From NCBI RefSeq assembly GCF_001644705.1, contig NZ_CP015137.1, forward strand, positions 1,170,001 through 1,202,000: a stretch of DNA of 32,000 nt, read 5' to 3'. The first letter of the stretch is position 1. Each line of letters begins with the position of its first letter. This DNA comes from Dickeya solani IPO 2222. GTDB taxonomy: Bacteria > Pseudomonadota > Gammaproteobacteria > Enterobacterales > Enterobacteriaceae. The position numbers were made by a program, and so were the translations under genes. The notes under the pieces were generated by a model. It saw only the letters and a program-made list of their open reading frames with translations, had not been told where the DNA came from and searched no databases. Below, piece after piece: positions 17,460-25,174 of this stretch.

Positions 17460-18536
17460 ATGAAAACGGCAACCGCCGTCATTGATCGTCAGGCTTTGCG
17501 CCACAATCTGCAACGTATCCGGCAGATGGCGCCACAAAGCCGGCTGATCGCCGTAGTCAAAGCCAATGCTTACGGGCATGGTGCCGTGGAGGCCGCCCGC
17601 GCCTTTTCCGACGCCGACGGTTACGGCGTCTCCCGCCTCAGCGAAGCGCTGGCGCTGCGCGCCGCCGGTATCACCAAACCCATTCTACTGCTGGAAGGCT
17701 TCTTTGCCGCTGACGAGTTACCGCTGCTGGCCGAACACCAGTTGGAAACCGCCGTACACTGCGAAGAACAGCTGGCAGCGCTGGAACAGGCGCGCCTGCC
17801 GCACCCGCTGACGGTGTGGATGAAGCTCGACACCGGCATGCACCGTCTCGGCGTACTGCCGGAAAAAGCCGACGCTTTTTATGCCCGGTTGAGCACCTGT
17901 TCCAGCGTGGTGCAACCGGTCAACATCATGAGTCACTTTTGCCGCGCCGATGAACCACAAGCGGGCACCACGCAACGTCAGCTCGACTGTTTCGACGCCT
18001 TTGTGCAAGACAAGCCGGGCCGCCAGTCCATCGCCGCCTCCGGCGGGATTCTGCTGTGGCCGCAGGCCCACCGCGATCAGATCCGCCCCGGCATTATCCA
18101 GTACGGCGTCTCGCCGCTGGCGCAGGGCGACGCCAGCCAGTGGCAGCTCAAACCGGCGATGACCCTGACCTCGCACCTGATTGCGGTGCGCGACCACCAC
18201 ACCGACGAGCCGGTGGGTTACGGCAGCACCTGGACCAGCCCGCGCGATACCCGGCTGGGGGTGATCGCGATGGGCTACGGCGACGGCTATCCGCGCGACG
18301 CCAAAAGCGGCACACCGGTGTGGATCAACGGCCGCGAAGTCCCGCTGTCCGGCCGGGTCTCGATGGATATGATTACCGTCGATCTGGGGCCAAACGCGCA
18401 GGATAAGGTCGGCGATGAGGTGATTTTGTGGGGCGGTCCGCTGCCGGTGGAAAAAGTCGCCGCCCACAGCGGCATCAGCGCTTATGAACTGATTACCCGC
18501 CTGACCGGCCGTACCCGGCTGGAGTACATCGGCTAA
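17460..18536 (+). CDS. alr: alanine racemase (biosynthetic)
   Basis: The PLP-lysine motif [10 protein letters not shown] is present, along with [13 protein letters not shown] and GYGDGYPR. The product is collinear with E. coli Alr and the gene follows dnaB. Confidence 0.95.
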   Translation: MKTATAVIDRQALRHNLQRIRQMAPQSRLIAVVKANAYGHGAVEAARAFSDADGYGVSRLSEALALRAAGITKPILLLEGFFAADELPLLAEHQLETAVHCEEQLAALEQARLPHPLTVWMKLDTGMHRLGVLPEKADAFYARLSTCSSVVQPVNIMSHFCRADEPQAGTTQRQLDCFDAFVQDKPGRQSIAASGGILLWPQAHRDQIRPGIIQYGVSPLAQGDASQWQLKPAMTLTSHLIAVRDHHTDEPVGYGSTWTSPRDTRLGVIAMGYGDGYPRDAKSGTPVWINGREVPLSGRVSMDMITVDLGPNAQDKVGDEVILWGGPLPVEKVAAHSGISAYELITRLTGRTRLEYIG

Positions 18537-18576
18537 CCCCCCGTTTGTTGTTCAACGCATAGCCTTACCCATACGC

Positions 18577-18618
18577 AAAAAGCCCGAACCCCAGATCATC
18601 CGAGGTTCGGGCTTTCTC
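18577..18618 (+). terminator. Rho-independent terminator after alr
   Basis: AGCCCGAACC-N13-GGTTCGGGCT is followed by TTCTC and preceded by AAAA. Confidence 0.7.
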
Positions 18619-18687
18619 GCTCACCGCTGAAGATGTCAGCAGCCAAAAAAGCAGCGATTAAGCAATCAGCGATTAATCAATCAGCGA

Positions 18688-18936
18688 TTAGTTGTACAGT
18701 TCAGCAACACCGCGAATCTGGTCATCACCGATAGCGGAGATGATGCGGAAAGATTTGGCGCCAGCGGCATCGGCTTTGGCAGACAGTTGAGCCTGCAAAT
18801 CGTCCAGGCTACGGCCAGTAGCGGAAACAGTGCCCAGGTCACGGCTTTGTACCGATTGCACTTCAGTGGCAGCCAGCGTGCCGAAAGAGATAGTGGCCAG
18901 AGCGACAGCAGCAATAACAGTTTTGATCGATTTCAT
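18688..18936 (-). CDS. DUF1471 (YhcN/BhsA/McbA-family) small secreted stress protein
   Basis: The signal peptide is MKSIKTVIAAVALATISFGTLAA. The C-terminus is typical of the family (SLDDLQAQLSAKADAAGAKSFRIIS..GVAELYN). I chose the ATG at 18936, which has GAGG upstream. Confidence 0.8.
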   Translation of the reverse strand: MKSIKTVIAAVALATISFGTLAATEVQSVQSRDLGTVSATGRSLDDLQAQLSAKADAAGAKSFRIISAIGDDQIRGVAELYN

Positions 18937-19060
18937 GGTAAGCCTCTTCACGTTAATCAGGTCGAGAAGGCGTGGCTGCCTTCGATGTGAAGCAGGATAG
19001 CGCTGTTAGCGGGCTGTTAAAATCTAGTTAATTTGCCGACAACGCTCAAAAAAATTGAAT

Positions 19061-19102
19061 AAAAAAAGCACCAAAAGATAAGCAAAAACTATCTCGTGGT
19101 GC
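19061..19102 (-). terminator. Rho-independent terminator after the pheC-like gene
   Basis: On the minus strand, GCACCA..(inner AGATA/TATCT)..TGGTGC is followed by TTTTTTT. Confidence 0.65.
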
Positions 19103-19179
19103 GCAATGACGGGATATTACCCCAACCTATACCTATAATGATACTGATTTACGTTGATTTACATGAAAACAGCAAACTT

Positions 19180-19947
19180 TTATTCTGCTTTACCCAACCA
19201 TTCAGAAATTATCTTCCGGTATTCTCCGGTCGATTTAGCCAAATGCAGCCATTGATCCACATACAGCTTCCAGCTCATGTCGTCACGCGGCAGCATATAG
19301 GCTTTCTCGCCATACTGCATCGGCGAGGACGGATTGACCGCACACAGTTGCGGATAGCGTTTCTGCTGGAACAGCGCCTCAGACGCGTCCGTGATCATCA
19401 CGTCCGCCTGCTTGTCCACCAGTTGCTGGAAGATGGTCACGTTGTCATGCAGCGCCAGACGGGCGTTAGGCAAATGGGCGTGAACAAACGCCTCATTGGT
19501 GCCGCCCGCCGGTTCGATCACCCGCACCGACGGCTGATTGATCTGTGCTATCGTCTGGTACTTAGCTTTGTCGTCGCAGCGCACCAGCGGGATCTTGCCA
19601 TCCACGTCCAACGTGCTGGAGAAGAACGCTTTTTTCTGACGCTCCAGCGTCACGGAAATCCCGCCCATGGCGATATCGCACTTGCCGGACTGAAAATCCG
19701 GCATCAGGGTTTTCCAGCTGGTTTTTACCCACTCCACTTTCACGCCCAGGCTTTTAGCCAGCGATTGCGCCATAGCGATATCGATCCCTTCGTAGTCGCC
19801 ATCGGCGCGCAGCGATGTGTACGGCTTATAATCGCCGGTGGTGCAAACCTTCAGCACCCCTTGCTCCTGCACCTGATCAAGATGAGACGCAGCGCTGGCG
19901 CCGCCGGCCAGCCCCAGTAACAGAATGAGTGAAAACCGTTTTTTCAT
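19180..19947 (-). CDS. pheC: periplasmic cyclohexadienyl (prephenate/arogenate) dehydratase-like protein, family-3 solute-binding fold
   Basis: The signal peptide is MKKRFSLILLLGLAGGASA. The blocks TTGDYKPY, TSWKTLMPDF, DIAMGGISVTLERQ, GGTNE, DNVTIFQQLVDKQADVMITD, EKAYMLPRD and YVDQWLH match my recollection of Pseudomonas PheC. I chose the ATG at 19947, which has AGGA upstream. Confidence 0.7.
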   Translation of the reverse strand: MKKRFSLILLLGLAGGASAASHLDQVQEQGVLKVCTTGDYKPYTSLRADGDYEGIDIAMAQSLAKSLGVKVEWVKTSWKTLMPDFQSGKCDIAMGGISVTLERQKKAFFSSTLDVDGKIPLVRCDDKAKYQTIAQINQPSVRVIEPAGGTNEAFVHAHLPNARLALHDNVTIFQQLVDKQADVMITDASEALFQQKRYPQLCAVNPSSPMQYGEKAYMLPRDDMSWKLYVDQWLHLAKSTGEYRKIISEWLGKAE

Positions 19948-20040
19948 GAGAGTTCCTTGCAAGCCTGTCAGGCAAAAGCGCCACTGTAGCATGCCGTTTC
20001 TGCCGCTGCCGGTTTTGACCCTTTTTTTTCGGCAGCTCAT

Positions 20041-20148
20041 AACTAATTGATTTTTAATGACGAAAATATTCGACTTTAAAAAAGGGTTTTCCAGGAAAAA
20101 TCCAGATTTCCCTTTAAAAATCAGTTAATAGACGATAAATTGCTACGT
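20041..20148 (+). promoter_or_regulatory. AT-rich CRISPR leader
   Basis: This roughly 110-nt AT-rich stretch lies immediately 5' of repeat 1 in the transcribed orientation of I-F repeats. It contains the palindrome TTTTCCAGGAAAA (20087-20099). Confidence 0.55.
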
Positions 20149-20356
20149 GTTCACTGCCGTGTAGGCAGCTTAGAAAAAGAAAGACAGGTAAAGAAGGTAT
20201 TATCTGGCGTTCACTGCCGTGTAGGCAGCTTAGAAAGGCAAAGCCGGTAAGCTCCGCCGAACCCGCAAGTTCACTGCCGTGTAGGCAGCTTAGAAAAGAT
20301 TGATTTTTGCGTCCAAGCGCTGACGTCGGTTCACTGCCGCACAGGCAGAGATTGAT
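20149..20356 (+). CRISPR. type I-F CRISPR mini-array: 3 full repeats, 3 spacers, and a truncated or aberrant 4th repeat
   Basis: The repeat GTTCACTGCCGTGTAGGCAGCTTAGAAA occurs at 20149, 20209 and 20269. The three 32-nt spacers are at 20177-20208, 20237-20268 and 20297-20328. The 4th unit (20329-20356) is GTTCACTGCCGCACAGGCAGAGATTGAT, which keeps the hairpin but lacks the CTTAGAAA handle. Confidence 0.95.
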
Positions 20357-20357
20357 T

Positions 20358-20665
20358 GGTTTGCTGGCGTTAAAAACTACGCTGAGGTGGGCGACTTCGC
20401 CGGATGCACGGCATGGATGCCGTGCAAGCCCATTCCGCGTTGGGAACGCGTAATGGGCGGTCCGAACAGCGAAGGCACCGCGTAGCGGCGTAGTTTAGCC
20501 TCCAGCCAGTGGTCAAGGAGAGGTGGCACCTGAACCTCTCCTTGTCGTGCGTGCAATGAAATGGCAGAGAAACGCTATTGTTTATCCCGCACGAAACATC
20601 CCACAGTGCTGACACTTCCGCTAATAAAGAACAACCCTGCTGTTTGTCAACAGCCCCTCGCAGCA
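20358..20665. repeat. structured intergenic element, copy 1 (paralog of 30530-30866, inverted)
   Basis: The reverse complement aligns with 30530-30866. The shared blocks are GCACGCACGACAAGGAGAGG, CCTCTCCTTGACCACTGGCTG, GCCTTCGCTGTTCGG and GGCGAAGTCGCC. Intervening helices differ by compensatory changes. No reading frame is shared. Confidence 0.8.
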
Positions 20666-20676
20666 GCGATTAACCC

Positions 20677-22050
20677 TTATTCCGCCGTCAGTGCCGACAC
20701 CGCCCCTTTTCGCTTTTTGATGGCATAGCCAGCGGCCAGCGCCAACAGCCAGAACGGAATCAGCCACACGGAAATCTGAATGCCCGGCGTCATCGCCATG
20801 ATCACCAGAATCCCGGCCAGAAACAGCAGGCACAGTATGTTGGTGAGCGGGTAGCCCAGGCTTTTGAAACGGGTGGTTTGCTGTGTGCGCTGTTTGGCCT
20901 GACGGAATTTCAGATGGGTGATGCTGATCATCGCCCAGTTAATCACCAGTGCAGACACCACCAACGCCATCAGCAGTTCAAACGCTTTGCCCGGCATCAG
21001 GTAGTTGAGCAGCACGCACAGCGCCGTCGCCAACGCCGAAACGCCAAGCGACAGCAGCGGAATGCCGCGGCGATTGACCGTCAGCAGCGCGCGCGGCGCG
21101 TTGCCCTGCTGCGCCAGCCCGAACAACATCCGGCTGTTGCAGTACACACAGCTGTTGTAGACCGACAGCGCGGCGGACAGCACCACCAGATTCAGCACGT
21201 TCGCCACCAGATTGCTATCCAGCGCATGGAAAATCAGCACGAACGGGCTGCCGCCTTCCACCACCTTCTGCCACGGATACAACGACAGCAGCACCGCCAG
21301 TGCCCCCACATAAAACAGCAGAATACGGTAAATCACCTGATTGGTGGCACGCGGAATGCTCTTCTGCGGGTCATCCGCTTCGGCCGCCGTAATCCCCACC
21401 AGTTCCAGCCCGCCAAAGGAAAACATGATCACCGCCATCGCCATCACCATGCCGCTGACGCCGTTCGGGAAGAAACCGCCGTGCTGCCACAGGTTGGCGA
21501 CGCTGGCGTCCGGCCCGCCGGTACCGCTCAACAACAGATAACCGCCAAACACGATCATGCCGATAATCGCCGTCACCTTAATAATGGAGAACCAGAATTC
21601 CAGTTCGCCGTAGACCTTGACGTTACTCAGGTTGATGGCATTAATGGCGACAAAAAACACCGCCGCCGATACCCAGGTCGGCACCGCCGGCCACCAGTAC
21701 TGGATGTAGATGCCCACCGCGCTCAGTTCCGCCATGCTCACCAGCACATACAGCACCCAATAATTCCAGCCGGACATAAACCCGGCAAAATTACCCCAGT
21801 ATTGATTGGCGAAATGGCTGAACGAACCGGCCACCGGCTCCTCCACCACCATTTCACCCAACTGACGCATAATAAAAAAAGCAATCACGCCGGCGATGGC
21901 GTAACCAAGCAGGACCGACGGCCCGGCCATGCGAATCGTCTGTGCGATACCGAGAAACAAACCGGTGCCCACCGCCCCGCCCAGCGCAATAAGCTGGATA
22001 TGCCGGTTCTTCAGCCCCCGTTTCAACTGGCTGTTTTGCTGTGTGTCCAT
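20677..22050 (-). CDS. aroP: aromatic amino acid:H+ symporter (AroP/PheP family, APC superfamily)
   Basis: The 457-aa product is the same length as E. coli AroP and collinear with it (LKRGLKNRHIQLIALGGAVGTGLFLG, MRQLGEMVVEEPVAGSFSHFA, FSFGGLELVGITAAEADDP, SVYNSCVYCNSRMLFGL). I cannot separate AroP from PheP by eye. Confidence 0.85.
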   Translation of the reverse strand: MDTQQNSQLKRGLKNRHIQLIALGGAVGTGLFLGIAQTIRMAGPSVLLGYAIAGVIAFFIMRQLGEMVVEEPVAGSFSHFANQYWGNFAGFMSGWNYWVLYVLVSMAELSAVGIYIQYWWPAVPTWVSAAVFFVAINAINLSNVKVYGELEFWFSIIKVTAIIGMIVFGGYLLLSGTGGPDASVANLWQHGGFFPNGVSGMVMAMAVIMFSFGGLELVGITAAEADDPQKSIPRATNQVIYRILLFYVGALAVLLSLYPWQKVVEGGSPFVLIFHALDSNLVANVLNLVVLSAALSVYNSCVYCNSRMLFGLAQQGNAPRALLTVNRRGIPLLSLGVSALATALCVLLNYLMPGKAFELLMALVVSALVINWAMISITHLKFRQAKQRTQQTTRFKSLGYPLTNILCLLFLAGILVIMAMTPGIQISVWLIPFWLLALAAGYAIKKRKGAVSALTAE

Positions 22051-22421
22051 CCCCTTCCCCCAGAAAAATGGTTTAATTCATTTTAAGTAATCACACACAG
22101 AGCAATTATCAGGCCAACCACGGTCATCGCCGATCGCCACCGCGTGTTTAAGAGACTTAACAATATGAATCGATTTAAAAAAAAGTTTCAGATTCACATT
22201 TCATGCAACAAAGACGCCATCACGTTGATTTAGTGTAAAAATCATTCAAAATCTGCATGCAACCGACAAATAACCTGACCGGCATACACTAAAATGAACC
22301 AGGATGGTGCAGCCGGTCAGATGGAAAAACGCGCTGGCAGCATAAGATGGCAAACAACGAACTTCCGGAAGCAAAAAAAGCTGATAGTCTGTAGGTTTTG
22401 TGCTTCTGGCAAGGCAGGGCT

Positions 22422-22898
22422 ATGTACAACATTGATGATTTCGATCTGAAGATCCTCACACTGCTGCAGGCAAATGGACGCCTTACCAATCAGGAACTCA
22501 GCGATCTGGTTGGGCTGTCTGCCTCACAGTGCTCTCGTCGTCGTATTGCCCTTGAACAGGCGCAACTGATTCTCGGGTATCACGCCCGGCTGGCGCCGGA
22601 TGCGGTCGGGCTGGAAGTGATGGGCCTGATTGAAGTACGGCTTATCAATCACACTCAGGAGTGTGTAGACAGCTTTCACCAGATGTTGGGCGAAGTCGAC
22701 GCCATTATCGACGCCTACAAAACCACCGGCGACGCGGATTACATGCTAAAAGTGGCGGTGGCGGACCTGCACGGCCTGAGCGCGCTGATCAGCCAGATTC
22801 TGGCGCGCAACAAAAGCGTGGCGCACCTGAAAACCTCAGTAGTGCTCAACCGCCTGAAAGAGAACGGGCTGATGGCGCCGGCGACCGCATCGCCCTAA
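22422..22898 (+). CDS. Lrp/AsnC-family transcriptional regulator
   Basis: The sequence MYNIDDFDLKILTLLQANGRLTNQELSDLVGLSASQCSRRR carries the HTH and is followed by a RAM/ACT-like domain. I chose the ATG at 22422. Confidence 0.85.
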   Translation: MYNIDDFDLKILTLLQANGRLTNQELSDLVGLSASQCSRRRIALEQAQLILGYHARLAPDAVGLEVMGLIEVRLINHTQECVDSFHQMLGEVDAIIDAYKTTGDADYMLKVAVADLHGLSALISQILARNKSVAHLKTSVVLNRLKENGLMAPATASP

Positions 22899-23149
22899 AT
22901 TGGTGCGAACACTGCTTCCACATGGTGCAGGAATGCATAATCCTTGCACCATAACCAAAATAAACACACAACATCATCAACAAAAACCAAATAAACGCAC
23001 AAGATACGCATAAAAAATTCATCCTGTGCATTCAATACGTTAATCCTCTCGCCGTACAGAAAACCTTCAAACGATGTATGCTGTCATAACGACTGGTGTG
23101 CTTCTTGCTTGAAAAGACAGGTATTCCTTCTTTTATCGGGCGCTTTTTC

Positions 23150-23764
23150 ATGGATAACGTCATTACACCACAACCGGTTTCCCATACGCTGCTGGAAGAT
23201 ATTCTGGCGCTACTCATCGGCACCCTGATGGTGTCGTTTGGCGTTATTCTGCTGCGTCAGGCTGGCGCGCTGACCGGCGGCACCGCCGGGATGGCGTTTT
23301 TGCTGCATTACGCCACCCACATCTCGTTCGGCACCGCGTTCTTCCTGATCAATCTGCCGTTTTATTACCTCGCCATCCGGCGTATGGGCTGGGCATTCAC
23401 CGTCAAAACCTTCTGCGCTGTGGCGATGGTGTCGCTGTTTTCCGACCTGCACCCGTTATTCATCCACTTTGACCGCCTGCAGCCGATTTACGCCACCCTG
23501 TTTGGCAACCTGATTATGGGGCTGGGGTTCATTGTGCTGTTCCGCCACCGCGCCAGTCTGGGCGGGGTGAATATTCTGGCGCTCTATTTACAGGACAAAA
23601 GTGGAATCCGTGCCGGAAAATTCCAGATGGCGGTGGATGTAACCATTGTGCTGACTTCACTGTTCGTGGTAAGCATACCGATGCTGATCGCGTCCATGCT
23701 GGGCGCGGCGGCGCTGAATCTGATTATCGCCATGAATCATCGACCTGGCCGTTATACAGCCTAA
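23150..23764 (+). CDS. YitT-family (DUF161-type) integral membrane protein
   Basis: The product has five or six TM helices, with [14 protein letters not shown] and [10 protein letters not shown] motifs typical of the YitT/UPF0750 family. I chose the ATG at 23150. It lies downstream of the Lrp-like regulator on the same strand. Confidence 0.65.
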   Translation: MDNVITPQPVSHTLLEDILALLIGTLMVSFGVILLRQAGALTGGTAGMAFLLHYATHISFGTAFFLINLPFYYLAIRRMGWAFTVKTFCAVAMVSLFSDLHPLFIHFDRLQPIYATLFGNLIMGLGFIVLFRHRASLGGVNILALYLQDKSGIRAGKFQMAVDVTIVLTSLFVVSIPMLIASMLGAAALNLIIAMNHRPGRYTA

Positions 23765-23813
23765 GCCCTGCGCAAACAGCTTGACCCTTTATATCTCAGG
23801 AGAGTTACCGACC

Positions 23814-25007
23814 GTGTTCCAGAATGTTGACGCCTACGCTGGCGACCCTATCCTGTCCCTGATGGAGCAATTCAAGCAGGATCCCCGTACTGATAAAGTG
23901 AACCTCAGCATCGGGTTGTATTACGACGGACAGGGCGTCATTCCCCAGTTACAGGCGGTCAACGCCGCAGAAACACAGATGCAGGCCGAGCCGCAGCAGG
24001 CGTCGGTTTACCTGCCGATGGAAGGACTTAACGCTTACCGCAACGCGGTGCAAACTCTGCTGTTTGGCGAACACCATCCGGCGTTAACCTCACAGCGCAT
24101 CGCCACTATCCAGACGCTGGGCGGTTCCGGCGCGCTGAAAGTGGGCGCGGACTTTCTAAAACGTTATTTCCCGGATTCCGAAGTTTGGGTCAGCGACCCG
24201 ACCTGGGAAAACCATATCGCTATTTTCTCCGGTGCGGGTTTTCAGGTACACACCTACCCGTACTTTGACGCCGACACGCTGGGTGTCAACGTGGACGGTA
24301 TGATCAGCGCCCTGAAACAGCTGCCGCCGCGTAGCATTGTGCTGCTGCACCCGTGCTGCCATAACCCGACCGGATCAGACCTGACCCACGCCGAGTGGGA
24401 CCGCGTTATCGAAGTGCTGATCAAAGGCGAGCTGGTGCCGTTCCTCGATATCGCCTACCAGGGTTTTGGTGGCGGCATGGACGACGACGCTTACGCCATC
24501 CGCGCTATCGCCGGGGCTGGTCTGCCTGCGCTGGTCAGCAATTCGTTTTCCAAAATCTTCTCGCTGTATGGCGAACGCGTGGGCGGGTTATCGGTCGTGT
24601 GCGAAGATCAGGAAGCGGCGAACCGCGTGCTCGGCCAGTTGAAAGCCACCGTGCGCCGCAACTACTCCAGCCCGCCGAACTTCGGCGCACAGGTGGTATC
24701 GCGCGTGCTGAACGATAGCGCGCTCAACGCCAGCTGGCATGCGGAAGTGGAAGCCATGCGCCTGCGAATTCTGGAAATGCGCCAGACGCTGGTGGACGAA
24801 CTGAAAAAAGCGCTGCCGAACCGCAACGTCGACTACCTGCTGACCCAGCGCGGTATGTTTAGCTACACCGGCTTTAGCGCCGCACAGGTGGACCGCCTGC
24901 GGGAAGAGTTCGGCGTCTACCTGATCGCCAGCGGCCGCATCTGCGTCGCCGGTTTAAACCATCACAACGTACAGCGCGTGGCTGCCGCCTTCGCTGCCGT
25001 ACAGTAA
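23814..25007 (+). CDS. tyrB: aromatic-amino-acid aminotransferase
   Basis: From the GTG at 23814 the product is 397 aa, the same length as E. coli TyrB and collinear with it ([39 protein letters not shown] with the PLP lysine, [24 protein letters not shown]). Confidence 0.95.
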   Translation: MFQNVDAYAGDPILSLMEQFKQDPRTDKVNLSIGLYYDGQGVIPQLQAVNAAETQMQAEPQQASVYLPMEGLNAYRNAVQTLLFGEHHPALTSQRIATIQTLGGSGALKVGADFLKRYFPDSEVWVSDPTWENHIAIFSGAGFQVHTYPYFDADTLGVNVDGMISALKQLPPRSIVLLHPCCHNPTGSDLTHAEWDRVIEVLIKGELVPFLDIAYQGFGGGMDDDAYAIRAIAGAGLPALVSNSFSKIFSLYGERVGGLSVVCEDQEAANRVLGQLKATVRRNYSSPPNFGAQVVSRVLNDSALNASWHAEVEAMRLRILEMRQTLVDELKKALPNRNVDYLLTQRGMFSYTGFSAAQVDRLREEFGVYLIASGRICVAGLNHHNVQRVAAAFAAVQ

Positions 25008-25036
25008 GTTATTCCTTTCACTTTTTTACGCCTTTT

Positions 25037-25068
25037 CCCCCTGCCGGTAACGGTTGGGGGATTTTTTC
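25037..25068 (+). terminator. Rho-independent terminator after tyrB
   Basis: CCCCC-N14-GGGGG is followed by ATTTTTTCT. Confidence 0.8.
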
Positions 25069-25147
25069 TGCCTGAGCGGCACCCAACGAATCGACCACTC
25101 CAACAACAACGCACGAATCTTTCTAAGCTGCCGCACAGGCAGCATCC
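25060..25147 (-). CRISPR. detached tail of the I-F array: repeat 3' part, a 32-nt spacer, and a degenerate terminal repeat
   Basis: The minus strand first reads GGATG-CTGCCTGTGCGGCAG-CTTAGAAA (25147-25120). A 32-nt stretch follows, GATTCGTGCGTTGTTGTTGGAGTGGTCGATTC (25119-25088). Then comes GTTGGGTGCCGCTCAGGCAGAAAAAATC (25087-25060), which is identical to the repeat at 17 of 28 positions. Confidence 0.7.
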
Positions 25148-25165
25148 CTCCCCAACCGGGGAGGG
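25146..25165 (-). terminator. GC hairpin just after the MCP stop codon
   Basis: CCCTCCCC-GGTT-GGGGAGGG lies 9 nt after the stop codon. It has no U-tract. Confidence 0.4.
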
Positions 25166-25174
25166 AAACGTTGG

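Noticed and set aside
20370-20615. An 81-aa ORF over structured element copy 1, with ORFs 30649-30858 and 30773-31093 over copy 2.
   Set aside because: The two element copies differ by 1-nt and 13-nt indels, and their differences are paired stem changes rather than synonymous changes. No reading frame is shared, so the conservation is at the nucleotide and structure level.
20358-20665. Whether the structured element is a hok/sok-type type I toxin-antitoxin locus, a retron ncRNA, or CsrB/RsmB.
   Set aside because: There is no conserved small hydrophobic ORF (no SLCE-type Hok motif) and no adjacent reverse transcriptase. Each copy has only about 4 GGA motifs, against the roughly 20 expected for CsrB/RsmB. 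The GGA-loop observation is kept as a hypothesis only.
22234-22251. A possible TyrR box (TGTAAA-N6-TCAAAA) in the aroP/lrp-like intergenic region.
   Set aside because: Only one half-site matches TGTAAA. The other half lacks the essential C of the G-N14-C pair, so the site is too weak to call.
23781-23813. An upstream TTG start for tyrB, which would give 408 aa.
   Set aside because: The GTG at 23814 gives a 397-aa protein that aligns from residue 2 with E. coli TyrB ([13 protein letters not shown]). The extension has no counterpart in E. coli.
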